Assembly: GCA_041660045.1 (NCBI GenBank)
Contig: JBAZXA010000003.1
Coordinates: 226,320-290,319 of the forward strand
From: Methylococcaceae bacterium
GTDB taxonomy: Bacteria > Pseudomonadota > Gammaproteobacteria > Methylococcales > Methylomonadaceae
Length of the DNA stretch: 64,000 nt
Direction of reading: 5' to 3'
Numbering within the stretch: position 1 is the first letter of the stretch; each line of letters begins with the position of its first letter. Below, one piece after another: positions 27,702-40,789 of this stretch. Under the pieces are notes generated by a model. The model ran no database searches. It was not told the origin of the DNA and worked only from the letters and a program-made list of their open reading frames with translations. Position numbers and translations under genes: made by a program.

Positions 27702-29255
27702 CTACCTGCCGGCAGGCAGGTCAATCTCCGCCACAATGGCATCAATCTCAGCGCGTAACTGGTCGATTTTGGCTGCCGTGGTTTTAAGCTCGGCATTAAG
27801 CTTATGTATATCAATCACTTCGCGAGTGTCTTTGGCTTCTACATAGCTGCTTACCGACAGGTTGTAGTCGTTGGCGGCTATCGCAGCGTGTTCTAAGGAG
27901 TGGGCAAAATGGTCAGCATCGGCTTTATTATCAAAAACCTCCATAATTTGCGCGATGTATTCATCGGTTAATACGTTGGTATTGGTTTGTGGCTTAAATA
28001 ACTTACTGGCGTCAATAAACTGGGTTTTGGTGTCGGTTTTGTGTTTGGACAGCACCAGGATATTGACGGCAATGGAGGTGCCAAAAAATAAGTTGGGGGC
28101 TAAGGCAATCACGGTTTCAATGTAGTTGTTATCCACCAAGTATTGGCGGATTTTCTGCTCTGCACCGCCACGGTAAAAAATGCCGGGGAAGCAAACAATC
28201 GCTGCGCGGCCTTTGCTGGACAAATAACTTAAGGCATGCAGCACAAAGGCAAAATCGGCTTTAGATTTGGGCGCTAACACGCCTGCGGGGGCAAAGCGTT
28301 CATCATTAATCAGGGTGGGGTCGTCGTTGCCAATCCAGTTCACCGAATAGGGCGGGTTGGAGACAATGGCATCAAACGGTTTTTCATCGCCAAAATGCGG
28401 ATCTAACAGCGTGTTGCCCAGCGCAATATTAAACTTATCGTAGTTAATATTGTGCAAAAACATATTCATACGCGCAAGGTTAAAAGTTGTGTGGTTGATC
28501 TCTTGGCCAAAGAAACCATCTTCAATAATATGGGCATCAAAGTGTTTTTTGGCTTGTAATAATAACGAGCCTGAACCTGCGGCTGGGTCGTAGATTTTAT
28601 TGACGCTTTTTTGCTGGTGCATGGCCAGTTGCGCAATCAGCTTGGACACATTTTGCGGGGTGAAAAATTCGCCACCTGATTTACCGGCATTGGCGGCATA
28701 GTTAGAGATTAAAAACTCGTAGGCATCGCCAAACAGGTCGATTTGGTTTTCGTGGAACTTGCCAAAGCTCAGTTTTTCTACGCCCTTAAGTACAGCGGCT
28801 AAGCGGATGTTTTTATCGGTAACGGTGTTGCCCAGGCGGTTACTGGTGGTATCAAAATCGGCAAACAAGCCTTTAATGTCTAATTCAGATGGATAGCCAT
28901 TGGCTGAGCTTTCAATGGCGGAAAATATCTTGGCTAAATCGGTGTTGAGGTTTTCGTTGTTATTGGCATTGGCGGCAACGTTGGCAAACAACTGGCTGGG
29001 GTAAAGAAAAAAGCCTTTGGTTTTAATGGCATCGTCTTTAATCTCTGTGGTGATGACATTATCGGGGAGCGCAGCATAATTAACGCTTTCATCATCGCCT
29101 TCAATGTAACTGGCAAAGTTTTCGCTAATAAACCGATAGAACAACGTGCCTAATACATACTGCTTAAAATCCCAGCCATCGACCGAGCCACGAACCTCAT
29201 TAGCAATTTGCCAAATTTGGCGTTGTAGCTCTGCACGTTGTTGGGTACTTGTCAT
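27702..29255 (-). CDS. hsdM: type I restriction-modification DNA methyltransferase subunit
   Basis: N-terminus [39 protein letters not shown] motif [10 protein letters not shown] and catalytic NPPY. Start trimmed to the ATG preceded by AGGA. Confidence 0.9.
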   Translation of the reverse strand: MTSTQQRAELQRQIWQIANEVRGSVDGWDFKQYVLGTLFYRFISENFASYIEGDDESVNYAALPDNVITTEIKDDAIKTKGFFLYPSQLFANVAANANNNENLNTDLAKIFSAIESSANGYPSELDIKGLFADFDTTSNRLGNTVTDKNIRLAAVLKGVEKLSFGKFHENQIDLFGDAYEFLISNYAANAGKSGGEFFTPQNVSKLIAQLAMHQQKSVNKIYDPAAGSGSLLLQAKKHFDAHIIEDGFFGQEINHTTFNLARMNMFLHNINYDKFNIALGNTLLDPHFGDEKPFDAIVSNPPYSVNWIGNDDPTLINDERFAPAGVLAPKSKADFAFVLHALSYLSSKGRAAIVCFPGIFYRGGAEQKIRQYLVDNNYIETVIALAPNLFFGTSIAVNILVLSKHKTDTKTQFIDASKLFKPQTNTNVLTDEYIAQIMEVFDNKADADHFAHSLEHAAIAANDYNLSVSSYVEAKDTREVIDIHKLNAELKTTAAKIDQLRAEIDAIVAEIDLPAGR

Positions 29256-29966
29256 GGTGTTGTCCTGTTTTAATGCGTTTTGATAATTCATGAGATCATA
29301 AGCAAGTTAGCATTTTAATGGGCAATGGCGCTCTAATCTAATCACTTGTTGCAAACATAGTAGCCAAATATTTTACGGGCACTACCCTATAAACAAGACG
29401 AGTTTCTTAAAGCCTGCATAAGGCCAATTTTAACGCGATAAGCTTTGCTAATTTAGATGTGTTAAGTTTGGAGTTGCCTTACATGCTGTTGGCATGTGAA
29501 AACTTCTATATTCTATCATGCTGTGTTTGTTGATCGAGCGCTGCACCTGCTTACCTCGGCATATCCATAATCTCCTAATTAACGGGGCGTAATGACATTT
29601 TGCATGATGGCTTATGCATTTTCTTGTTGTTTCTAATTAATTTTTATTGACTTAGCGGTCGGTACGCGGCTTCCTGTGTCTTGACAGTAGACTAGAAAAG
29701 CGCTGATGTATTGGGATTAGTGACATGCGCCTGATCGTACTATTGCAATTAGCTTTGCTACGGGAACTAACGACGTTGATAAAAGCCTTTTCGCACATCA
29801 AACCAAGAGGTAACTTTTAGATGCTTATTTGTGCCCTATAATGTTTAGACGTCTTTGACGTTTCAGTCTGCAGCCGTTTACAGGTCGGCTGCCAGAAGGC
29901 TGATTTGTAAAAATTATTTGAAGTATGAAGTTAGTAGTTGGTAATACATATCAATAAATTATGTAT

Positions 29967-30240
29967 TTAGTCGTAACTATTGTGATTGCGCAATGGCTTG
30001 ACGACTTGCCTGCGGCTGTTCAGACCTTCCGGGAAAACGACTGGGTTTTCAGGTGTGATTTGAACAGGCTCCCCGCCTTTACGGGTAAGCAAAATTTCGC
30101 TTTTCAAGATATAGATGGTTTCTGTTTGCTCAAAGTCGGTGGGGAGCTAGGCTGCTTCTTGTTATTCCTATACCAATTGGCTACCCTAATTCCTTCAAAC
30201 AGTCTTCTTTGGGCTTATGCTCTACTCTGATTTCCGGCAT
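29967..30240 (-). pseudogene. degraded cupin (DUF861-like) gene abutting gyrB
   Basis: The minus strand starts MPEIRVEHKPKEDCLKELG and hits a stop. After frame changes it continues EQTETIYILKSEILLTRKGGEPVQITPENPVVFPEGLNSRRQVVKPLRNH, a cupin beta-barrel pattern. At least two frame disruptions are present. Confidence 0.4.
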
Positions 30241-30243
30241 CAC

Positions 30244-32676
<2,433 letters not shown>

Positions 32677-32700
32677 TTATTATTATGTTCCACGTGAAAC

Positions 32701-33774
32701 TTATAGCGGGTTTATGTGCCCTTGTTCCACGTGAAACATTTTATAGCTGTCTAACTGGCTTAAGTCGCCTAAATCTGTTTTGTTGGTCGCGGTTATAAAA
32801 ACTTGGCATTGCATGGCCGCCAAATAAGCCAGTAATTTTGCCCGGTTGAAAACATCAAGTTCAGCGGCAAAGTCATCTATTAATATACAGCCGGCATCAG
32901 ACTTTTCATTTAACAATAGCTGTACTTGTGCAAGCTTTAAGCTTAATACTAAAAGTTTTGCTTGCCCACGCGATACAAAATCCCGTGCTAAGCGCTCGCT
33001 TACCATCAGGTAAAAATCTGCCCGGTGTGGCCCGCTGCGGGTAAAGCCATATCGCAAATCTTTTTCTACATCGTCTTGTAAAATTTGCAGCAATGGCAAG
33101 CCAGTGTTCCAGCCGGGAAAAAAATTTATATCGATGTTATCGACAGACAAAAATTGATTAGCAATGCTTAAAAAAACAGGTTTAAATTTTTCTAGGTATT
33201 GTTGCCGGCAAACATTGACTATTGTACCGTAATTAAGCAATTCTTTATCCCAAACATTAAGTTGGCGGACAGATCTGGATTTTAATAAGGCATTGCGTTG
33301 GCTAAGGGCTTTTTTAAATTTACGCCACGCGGGCAAGAATTGCTCATCACTATTAAATACGCCCCAGTCTAAAAACTCCCGGCGCAGCTGGGGGCCGGCG
33401 TCTAACAGTTCGTAGCTTTTTGGATGGATAAGTTGTAACGGTAAAGCGTAGGCTAAATCTGAACGCTTTTGTTTGGTTTGTTTATCAACCCGAATGGCAA
33501 AATTTTTGCCGTCGAGTTTAATGCCCAGGTGGGAAACGCCATCGGCATGCGCTGTTTGGGCAGTCACTATGAGGTGATCCTGCCCGGTTGTGATGACGGT
33601 TTTGATGCTGGCGGAACGAAAAGACTTAGCCCGGCCTAAGATGTAAATGGCTTCTATAAACGAGCTTTTGCCGCTGGCATTTTCGCCAATCAAAAAATTG
33701 ACAGCCGGACAGGGTTGTAGGGTTTGTTTCTGGATATTTCTTACGGAGTGTATATCCAGCCTAATGAGGCCCAT
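32701..33774 (-). CDS. recF: DNA replication and repair protein RecF
   Basis: Walker A GENASGKSS, in the conserved dnaA-dnaN-recF-gyrB order. The C-terminus is KMFHVEQG. Confidence 0.95.
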   Translation of the reverse strand: MGLIRLDIHSVRNIQKQTLQPCPAVNFLIGENASGKSSFIEAIYILGRAKSFRSASIKTVITTGQDHLIVTAQTAHADGVSHLGIKLDGKNFAIRVDKQTKQKRSDLAYALPLQLIHPKSYELLDAGPQLRREFLDWGVFNSDEQFLPAWRKFKKALSQRNALLKSRSVRQLNVWDKELLNYGTIVNVCRQQYLEKFKPVFLSIANQFLSVDNIDINFFPGWNTGLPLLQILQDDVEKDLRYGFTRSGPHRADFYLMVSERLARDFVSRGQAKLLVLSLKLAQVQLLLNEKSDAGCILIDDFAAELDVFNRAKLLAYLAAMQCQVFITATNKTDLGDLSQLDSYKMFHVEQGHINPL

Positions 33775-33784
33775 AGCTGAATTA

Positions 33785-34885
33785 TTACAACCTCATGGGC
33801 ATGACTATGTATTTATACAACAGATTATTGGGTTCATCAATAAAACAGCTACTGCCGTTAGTTGCTATGGTCAATACTGCCAGTTCAGAATCTAGATTGC
33901 TGACCGCGTCCAATAAATATTGCGCATTAAAGGAAATCGATAAGGCATCGCCCATAAAATCGATAGCCAGTTCTTCTTCGGCCTCATCATGTTCAGGGTT
34001 ATGGGCGCTGATGGTAATGCTTTGGGCTGAAATATCCAGGGTAATGCCCTTAAATTTTTCATTGGATAAAATAGCCACGCGCGTGAGTGCTTCTTTTAAC
34101 GGTTGCCGTTGGATTAATAAGGGAGTTAAAAATTCTTGCTGAAATACTTTGCTAAAATCGGGGTATTTAGAATCAACTAACTTGGCCGAAAACACTAGAT
34201 TATTGATGGCAATGCGAATGTTGTTGCTTGAAAACTCAACTTTTATTTCAGCCTCTGGGTCATCTAGCAAACGGGCTAACTCTAACACGCCTTTTCTAGG
34301 CAAGATTATTTTTGTTTCATAGCCCGTAGGTTGGTCAAGCTGGTCTTCATAAATTGACAAGCGATGCCCGTCCGAAGCTACTAATTTTAGTTTACTGTTT
34401 GAAATATTCAGTAACAAGCCGTTTAAGTAATAACGCACATCTTGGTTAGCCATGCAAAAAACGGTTTTTTCTAAGGCCTTTTTTAATTTGCCAGCGTTAA
34501 TAACAAATTGGCATTCAAGTTCGGAATTAGGAAAATCAGGATAATTTTCTGCTGGCAAACAACTCAGTAAAAAACGGCTGCGATTGGCAATGAGTTTTAC
34601 TTTGTCTTCATGTTGTTCAAATTTTATTTGCGAGCCACTAGGCAGTAAACGGCAAATATCTAAAAACTTTCTGGCCGGAACTGTTATTGCGCCAGTCTCG
34701 GTGTGGCTGATATTAATTTTAGCGACAATTTGGATTTCAAGATCCGTGCCGGTCATGGTTAATTGGTTGTTGTCGACAACCATTAATACATTGGAAAGAA
34801 TTGGCATGGTTTGCCGTTTTTCTATAACGCTGACAATTTGCTGTAAAGGTAGCAAAATGTCTTCTCTATCGATAATAAAATTCAT
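33785..34885 (-). CDS. dnaN: DNA polymerase III beta sliding clamp
   Basis: 366 aa. N-terminus MNFIIDREDILLPLQQIVSVIEKRQTMPILSNVL and C-terminus YIVMPMRL. Confidence 0.97.
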   Translation of the reverse strand: MNFIIDREDILLPLQQIVSVIEKRQTMPILSNVLMVVDNNQLTMTGTDLEIQIVAKINISHTETGAITVPARKFLDICRLLPSGSQIKFEQHEDKVKLIANRSRFLLSCLPAENYPDFPNSELECQFVINAGKLKKALEKTVFCMANQDVRYYLNGLLLNISNSKLKLVASDGHRLSIYEDQLDQPTGYETKIILPRKGVLELARLLDDPEAEIKVEFSSNNIRIAINNLVFSAKLVDSKYPDFSKVFQQEFLTPLLIQRQPLKEALTRVAILSNEKFKGITLDISAQSITISAHNPEHDEAEEELAIDFMGDALSISFNAQYLLDAVSNLDSELAVLTIATNGSSCFIDEPNNLLYKYIVMPMRL

Positions 34886-35001
34886 AGTGATTTATTGATA
34901 AATTTAACCTATAGATCCATTGCCTAGACAGATAGCTGTCTTTTAAACCCTAGCATGGTGAGTAAAGCTGTGTTTAAACGGGGCGGCCGCACTAATTGAA
35001 C

Positions 35002-36315
35002 TCAATGTGATAATGTCCTTAATAAATTAGAATAGTCTTCGGCAACCTTGGTGTCAGACTCTTTTAGTTCGCCAATGCGCTTACAGGCATTCATGACGGT
35101 GGTATGGTCACGTCCGCCAAAGGCATCGCCAATTTCTGGAAAGCTATGTGAGGTTAATTCCCGGGCTAAACACATTGCCATTTGCCGTGGTCGGGTAATC
35201 GATTGGCGTCGATTTTTTGATGATAAATCTGCTACCCGAATTTTAAAATATTCAGCAACAGTTTTTTGTATATTATCGATATTAACCAGCTTGTCTTGCA
35301 AAGAAATAAGGTCATGCAAGGCTTCTTTGGTGAATTCAATTGTGATCTCGCGCCCGGTAAATTGGGAATTAGCGATAACCCGCCTTAACGCACCTTCTAA
35401 GTCGCGGACATTGGATGGGATACGTCGGGCTATAAAAAAAGCCACGTCTTGACTAAGGTTAACGCTAGCCAAATTAGCTTTTTTCATGAGGATGGCCGCT
35501 CTGGTTTCCATATCTGGCGGTTCAATTGAAACCGGTAGCCCCCAGCCAAAGCGGGACTTTAAGCGATCTTCCAAGCCTGTTATTTCTTTAGGGTATTTAT
35601 CGCAAGTTAAAACTACTTGGTGCTTTTTTTCTAATAAGGTATTAAAGGTATGGAAAAATTCTTCCTGCGAGCGTTCTTTGCCGGCAAAAAATTGGATGTC
35701 GTCAATAAGTAACACATCAACGCCACGGTAATATTCCTTAAAGGTATTTATAGCGTTTTGTTGCAGCGCTTTAACCATGTCTTGGACAAATTTTTCCGAA
35801 TGCAGATAAGCCACGGTCGCAGAAGGTTTTAGTTGTAAAAAAGCATTGCCGATAGAATGCATCAAATGCGTTTTACCTAAACCAGAGCCACCATAAATCA
35901 ATAAGGGATTGTAAGCTTTACCTATATTTTCAGAGACTTGTAGAGAGGCCGCTTTAGCTAATTGATTGGATTTACCTTCAACAAAGTTGTCAAAGGTGAA
36001 CGCTTTGTTTAAAAACGACGGCGAGGTTTTTTTGTTCTCGGCTAATTTGGTCGGCTTATTAATGGGTATGACCGATTTTTTTGAGCCAATTTCAAAATCT
36101 AGGCTACAGTCACCATTAGAGAACTCGCCTATGGCTTGTTCAATTTTTGCAAAATAATGCTGCTTGACCCACTCCAAGACAAACCGGTTGGGGGCCAACA
36201 GCTTTATTTGGCCATCTGTTTCTATGGCTTGAAGCGGTCTAATCCAAGTACCAAAATCCGAACTGGCGATTTCATTTTCAAGTTTTGTAAGACAATTGTT
36301 CCAAATCGCGCTCAT
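35002..36315 (-). CDS. dnaA: chromosomal replication initiator protein DnaA
   Basis: Walker [11 protein letters not shown] and box VII/VIII, with a C-terminal DNA-binding domain ([16 protein letters not shown]). Confidence 0.98.
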   Translation of the reverse strand: MSAIWNNCLTKLENEIASSDFGTWIRPLQAIETDGQIKLLAPNRFVLEWVKQHYFAKIEQAIGEFSNGDCSLDFEIGSKKSVIPINKPTKLAENKKTSPSFLNKAFTFDNFVEGKSNQLAKAASLQVSENIGKAYNPLLIYGGSGLGKTHLMHSIGNAFLQLKPSATVAYLHSEKFVQDMVKALQQNAINTFKEYYRGVDVLLIDDIQFFAGKERSQEEFFHTFNTLLEKKHQVVLTCDKYPKEITGLEDRLKSRFGWGLPVSIEPPDMETRAAILMKKANLASVNLSQDVAFFIARRIPSNVRDLEGALRRVIANSQFTGREITIEFTKEALHDLISLQDKLVNIDNIQKTVAEYFKIRVADLSSKNRRQSITRPRQMAMCLARELTSHSFPEIGDAFGGRDHTTVMNACKRIGELKESDTKVAEDYSNLLRTLSH

Positions 36316-36484
36316 TTAGGATTTAGCCTGTAAAAAGGGTTACCATTTTTTAAAACTTGGCAGGGCATGCCACTATACAGCAATAAGACAATACGCTACA
36401 GAATTGACAGCGTAGCAAATTTATTTTAATATCCAGAGTCTTTTTTATCTGTTTTACTAATTTACTTATCCAGGCCAAAATCCT

Positions 36485-36619
36485 ATGAAAAGAACATACC
36501 AACCCAGCAAAATTAAACGCGTTAGAACTCACGGTTTTCGTGCCAGAATGGCCACTGTTGGTGGCAGAAAAGTGCTAAATGCCCGCCGGGCAAAAGGTCG
36601 AGCTAAACTTTCAGTTTAA
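36485..36619 (+). CDS. rpmH: 50S ribosomal protein L34
   Basis: Hand translation gives [44 protein letters not shown]. At 44 aa it is too short for the ORF track. Confidence 0.97.
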   Translation: MKRTYQPSKIKRVRTHGFRARMATVGGRKVLNARRAKGRAKLSV

Positions 36620-36985
36620 TTGGCAGGCAACGGTTTCGCTTTTCCCTCCCGTTTAAGGTTAAAGAAACCGGAGGAATTTAGAAAGGTCTTTGCTAACCCA
36701 ATTAAATCGAGTGACCAATATTTTACTTTATTGGCCATAAAAAATGATCTGGGTCATCCACGGCTGGGTTTGGCAATTGCAAAAAAAAGTATAAAAAAAG
36801 CAGTGCATAGGAATGTCATTAAACGCGCCGTCCGGGAAAATTACAGATTACAACAGCAAAGCCTGGGCAATATCGATATTGTTGTTTTGGCCCGCAAGGA
36901 TGCTGCTTATGCCCACCCGGACTTGTTAAGAAAGTCCTTGGAAAAGCATTGGCTAAAATTGGTAACCCGATGCGATTCTTGCTAA
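36620..36985 (+). CDS. rnpA: ribonuclease P protein component
   Basis: Lies immediately after rpmH with a TTG start. Basic 121-aa protein containing the RLGLAIAKK and NVIKRAVRE motifs. Confidence 0.9.
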   Translation: MAGNGFAFPSRLRLKKPEEFRKVFANPIKSSDQYFTLLAIKNDLGHPRLGLAIAKKSIKKAVHRNVIKRAVRENYRLQQQSLGNIDIVVLARKDAAYAHPDLLRKSLEKHWLKLVTRCDSC

Positions 36986-37203
36986 TTACAATTATAAAGC
37001 TGTACAAGTATTTTATCAGCCCATTACTTGGCCAAAACTGCCGCTTTTATCCCAGCTGTTCCAGTTATGCTTTAGAAGCAATCCAACGCCATGGCGCCTT
37101 GCTAGGCTCCTATCTCACGCTTAAAAGACTTTTAAAATGCCAACCTTTCCACCCGGGTGGCATTGATCCTGTTCCAGAAAAATTTGGTAAAAAAAATGGA
37201 TAA
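36970..37203 (+). CDS. yidD: membrane protein insertion efficiency factor YidD
   Basis: [31 protein letters not shown]...[13 protein letters not shown]. Start taken at the ATG rather than the upstream TTG of the track ORF. Confidence 0.9.
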   Translation: MRFLLITIIKLYKYFISPLLGQNCRFYPSCSSYALEAIQRHGALLGSYLTLKRLLKCQPFHPGGIDPVPEKFGKKNG

Positions 37204-38908
37204 CTTAGGTAACATAAGATTTATATTGATCGTTGCATTTGCAACACTCATTTTTATGCTTTGGCAGGCTTGGCAACTGGACTACGGCCCAAAACCCGAA
37301 TTACCCGCCTTAGTAGAGACTAATCCCAAAGAAGACTTGCCGGCCACTTCGCCTATGCAAGAACAACAAATGACCAAGGCCGAGCCAGCGAGTACCATGC
37401 CTATAACTGATGCGGTTGCCGCATCAACTAAATTAATACATGTAAAAACTGATGTATTGGCGTTGGATATAGACCTTGTTGGCGGTACTATACGCAATTT
37501 GGATTTATTGGCTTATCCAGTAGAAAAAGAAAACACCGTTGTAAATAAGCTGCGGGATATGTTGGGTTTGCAGGTGTCGGAAAAAAACCTAGCGCCTATT
37601 AGGTTATTTAATGCTAATGCGGAAAGGTTGTTTGTTGCAGAAAGTGGCCTAATTGCGGACAGTAATTCTGTGCCAGCGGCCAATCACCATAGCGTTTTTT
37701 CTAGCGAAAACACAGAATATAGCTTAGCTGAAGGGCAAGATAGCCTAACCATACCGTTAAGCTGGACTGACGACAATGGCCTTAAGGTCACTAAAACGTT
37801 CACTTTAAAACGTGGTAGTTATCTGATAGGCGAAGACCAAAGCATCCAAAATCACACGGGTAAAAATTGGACAGGCCGGCAATATGCCCAATTGTTAAGG
37901 GTGCCACCACCAGAGGAAAATAATAATACCTTTATCCGGACTTACACCGGTGGCGTGGTTTATACGCAGCAAGAAAAATATCAAAAAATCAGTTTTGATG
38001 ACATGGCCAAAGAAAATTTGGATGTTGTTTCAAAACAGGGTTGGTCGGCTATGATCCAGCACTATTTTGCGGCTGCTTGGATTCCACCGGTAGATGATGA
38101 AACGCATTTTTACAGCAAAGAACTTAAAGATTTTCGTTATGTAATTGGTTCTTACTCGCCACAAATCAATATTGCCAACGAGTCAGAATCGCATTTCACT
38201 AGCCAGCTTTTTGCCGGCCCGAAAATTCAGCCGATGATGGCTAGCATTGCCCAAGGCTTAGAATTAACAGTGGATTACAGCTGGTTAACCTTTATTGCTA
38301 AATACATTTACCTGTTGCTTAACCAAATCCATAACTTGGTTGATAACTGGGCATTAGCCATTATAGGCGTCACCTTAGTAATTAAATTGCTGTTCTTTAA
38401 GTTATCGCAAGCCAGTTATCAATCCATGGCTAAAATGCGCAAAATCCAGCCTAAATTAAAAGAGCTGCAAGAGCGTTATAAAGAAGACCGCCAGCGTTTT
38501 AACCAAGAAATGATGGCGATGTACAAAAGGGAAAAAGTAAATCCTTTAGGTGGTTGTTTACCTATGCTGGTGCAAATCCCGGTTTTCATCTCGTTATATT
38601 GGGTTTTAATTGAGACGGTTGAACTACGCCAAGCACCTTTTATGTTATGGATACAAGATTTATCGGCGCAAGATCCGTTTTATATTTTGCCTATCCTATA
38701 CGGCATCACCATGAAGATTCAGCAAGGCTTAAACCCTGCACCTTTAGATCCTGTGCAAGCCAAAGTGACTAAAATGTTCCCGATTGTGTTTACCGTGTTC
38801 TTTTTGTTTTTCCCTTCCGGTTTGGTTTTATATTGGATAGTCAACAATACCCTGTCTATTGTGCAACAATGGTATATCACCAAAAAAATCGCTGAATCCA
38901 CCAGCTAA
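37196..38908 (+). CDS. yidC: membrane protein insertase YidC
   Basis: Large periplasmic P1 domain and a conserved C-terminal core ([23 protein letters not shown]). Start at [11 protein letters not shown]. Confidence 0.95.
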   Translation: MDNLGNIRFILIVAFATLIFMLWQAWQLDYGPKPELPALVETNPKEDLPATSPMQEQQMTKAEPASTMPITDAVAASTKLIHVKTDVLALDIDLVGGTIRNLDLLAYPVEKENTVVNKLRDMLGLQVSEKNLAPIRLFNANAERLFVAESGLIADSNSVPAANHHSVFSSENTEYSLAEGQDSLTIPLSWTDDNGLKVTKTFTLKRGSYLIGEDQSIQNHTGKNWTGRQYAQLLRVPPPEENNNTFIRTYTGGVVYTQQEKYQKISFDDMAKENLDVVSKQGWSAMIQHYFAAAWIPPVDDETHFYSKELKDFRYVIGSYSPQINIANESESHFTSQLFAGPKIQPMMASIAQGLELTVDYSWLTFIAKYIYLLLNQIHNLVDNWALAIIGVTLVIKLLFFKLSQASYQSMAKMRKIQPKLKELQERYKEDRQRFNQEMMAMYKREKVNPLGGCLPMLVQIPVFISLYWVLIETVELRQAPFMLWIQDLSAQDPFYILPILYGITMKIQQGLNPAPLDPVQAKVTKMFPIVFTVFFLFFPSGLVLYWIVNNTLSIVQQWYITKKIAESTS

Positions 38909-38912
38909 TGGC

Positions 38913-40250
38913 GTGACCACCCAAGATACCATCGCTGCTATTGCCACACCTCCCGGTAGCGGAGGTGTCGGCATCATCCGCTTATCCGGCCCTGCGGTAC
39001 CTGTTATCGCAGGGCAAGTCCTAAACAAAGCCCTGCAACCTAGGCAGGCTATCTTTACTGCCTTTCTCGATGTTGAGCAGGCAATTCTTGATCACGGTAT
39101 TGCCCTTTACTTTCCTGCCCCTGCCTCTTATACCGGAGAACACGTGTTGGAATTGCAAGCCCATGGCAGCCCAGTTTTACTGGATATGCTATTGCGGCGG
39201 GTAATTAAACTCGGTGCCCGTTTAGCTAAGCCGGGTGAGTTTACCGAACGCGCCTTTTTAAACCATAAAATTGATTTGGCCCAAGCGGAAGCTGTAGCTG
39301 ACTTAATAGCCAGCAGTACCGAGCAATCCGTGCGTTCAGCGCAAAAATCCATGCAGGGGGAGTTTTCAGCCCAAATCAACTTACTGCTTGCAGAGTTGGT
39401 AAAACTAAGAAGCTTTGTTGAAGCGGCCATAGATTTTACCGATGAAGACATCGATTTTTTAAGTGAAGGTGGTGTAGAAGAGAGTTTAAATGCGTTACTA
39501 CAGCGCATCGCCTTGACGCAACAAACCGCACAGCAAGGCCGCTTATTGCGCGATGGCATGACGGTTGTGCTAGTCGGCAAACCCAACGCCGGTAAATCTA
39601 GTTTACTAAATGCCTTGGCAGGTCATGATGCCGCGATTGTTACTGATATTGCCGGCACCACACGTGACATTTTAAGGGAGCGCATCCAGCTAGATGGCAT
39701 GCCTTTACACATTATTGATACCGCAGGCTTGCGACAAACTGAAAATGTAATAGAGCAAGAAGGTATCCGCAGGGCGAAAGAAGAAATAAAAAAAGCCGAC
39801 AGAATTTTATGGTTGCTGGACTGCCGGGATACGGAAGAAGATGAAACCTCACATTATTTCCCCAGCGACATCAGCCTGACTAAAATCTACAACAAAATTG
39901 ACTTGCTTAATAGCAAGCCCAAAATTCAAGACTCCGCTTTAGGCACGGCATTGTACCTGTCCATTAAAACAGGTGACGGCATGGATTTACTTAAGCAACA
40001 TCTCAAGCAATGCATGGGTTATCAAGAGCAAGCCGACAACGTCTTTATTGCCAGAAGGCGGCATATTGAGGCCTTGAATAAAGCTTACGAGGCCGTCTTT
40101 AATGCCTTAAAGCAATTACAAATTCAAGCCGGCGAACTGGTTGCGGAAGACTTAAGGCTAGCCCAGCTCGCCTTGGCCGAAATCACGGGTGAGTTCAGTT
40201 CAGATGATTTGCTAGGCGAAATTTTTTCTAGTTTTTGCATTGGTAAGTAA
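38913..40250 (+). CDS. mnmE: tRNA uridine-5-carboxymethylaminomethyl modification GTPase MnmE
   Basis: DTIAAIATPPGSGGVGIIRLSG, G1 motif GKPNAGKSS and the C-terminal CIGK. The GTG start at 38913 follows directly after the yidC stop; the track ORF extends upstream into yidC. Confidence 0.93.
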   Translation: MTTQDTIAAIATPPGSGGVGIIRLSGPAVPVIAGQVLNKALQPRQAIFTAFLDVEQAILDHGIALYFPAPASYTGEHVLELQAHGSPVLLDMLLRRVIKLGARLAKPGEFTERAFLNHKIDLAQAEAVADLIASSTEQSVRSAQKSMQGEFSAQINLLLAELVKLRSFVEAAIDFTDEDIDFLSEGGVEESLNALLQRIALTQQTAQQGRLLRDGMTVVLVGKPNAGKSSLLNALAGHDAAIVTDIAGTTRDILRERIQLDGMPLHIIDTAGLRQTENVIEQEGIRRAKEEIKKADRILWLLDCRDTEEDETSHYFPSDISLTKIYNKIDLLNSKPKIQDSALGTALYLSIKTGDGMDLLKQHLKQCMGYQEQADNVFIARRRHIEALNKAYEAVFNALKQLQIQAGELVAEDLRLAQLALAEITGEFSSDDLLGEIFSSFCIGK

Positions 40251-40387
40251 GTTAGCTAAGCTAACGGTGTTACAGCCGCAGCAGTAGAAAAATCCATTAA
40301 TAAACTAAAATGGTAGAAAGTCTATTTTTAGACTAAAATAGCTAGAACGCTAGCGGTTTAAGCGCGTGTTATTTTAGGGAGGTGTCC

Positions 40388-40789
40388 ATGTTAAAGCCAA
40401 ATAAAGTAAAGCCATTGTTGGACAGTAACGGTTCAAGGGCGGCTTTACAGACTTTTTTTAATATCGCCCAGGTATGGCAACTTAATGTTGATGAAGCTAT
40501 GGCCTTGTTGGGACTAGACTCCAGAAGCACTTATTTTAAATGGAAAAAACAACCCGAAACCGCAAAACTGAGCTTAGATAAATTAGAACGCTTATCTTAT
40601 ATTTTTGGCATTTATAAAGCCCTGCAAATTTTACTGCCTAATGTCGACGCAGCGGATAATTGGATTAAGCAAGCCAACACAGCCGCGCCATTTCAAGGTA
40701 AGTCTGCCCTTGAACGGATGTTAAGCGGGCAGGTTGCTGATCTTTTTGTGGTTAAACAATATTTGGATGCGCAACGTGGCTGGTCATGA
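40388..40789 (+). CDS. Xre/MbcA/ParS-type antitoxin (DUF2384 family)
   Basis: About 133 aa, directly upstream of and overlapping (ATGA) a RES-domain gene. AGGGAGG Shine-Dalgarno before the ATG at 40388. C-terminal region like the DUF2384 toxin-binding domain. Confidence 0.7.
   Translation: MLKPNKVKPLLDSNGSRAALQTFFNIAQVWQLNVDEAMALLGLDSRSTYFKWKKQPETAKLSLDKLERLSYIFGIYKALQILLPNVDAADNWIKQANTAAPFQGKSALERMLSGQVADLFVVKQYLDAQRGWS

Noticed and set aside
27705-27716. A perfect 12-bp palindrome CCTGCCGGCAGG at the hsdM 3' end, considered as a possible terminator or attenuator.
   Set aside because: It lies within the coding sequence (LPAGR), the stem is only 6 bp with no loop, and no T-tract follows. 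The downstream genes appear translationally coupled.
27599-27814. A 71-aa minus-strand ORF overlapping the hsdM 3' end and the GIY-YIG start.
   Set aside because: It is out of frame with both better-supported genes, and its translation ([14 protein letters not shown]...) has no motifs.
29961-30230. An 89-aa plus-strand ORF next to gyrB.
   Set aside because: The opposite strand carries recognisable, though degraded, cupin sequence. The plus-strand translation has no features and no SD.
36350-36532. A 60-aa minus-strand ORF in the dnaA-rpmH spacer.
   Set aside because: It overlaps the unmistakable rpmH coding sequence and promoter region on the other strand.
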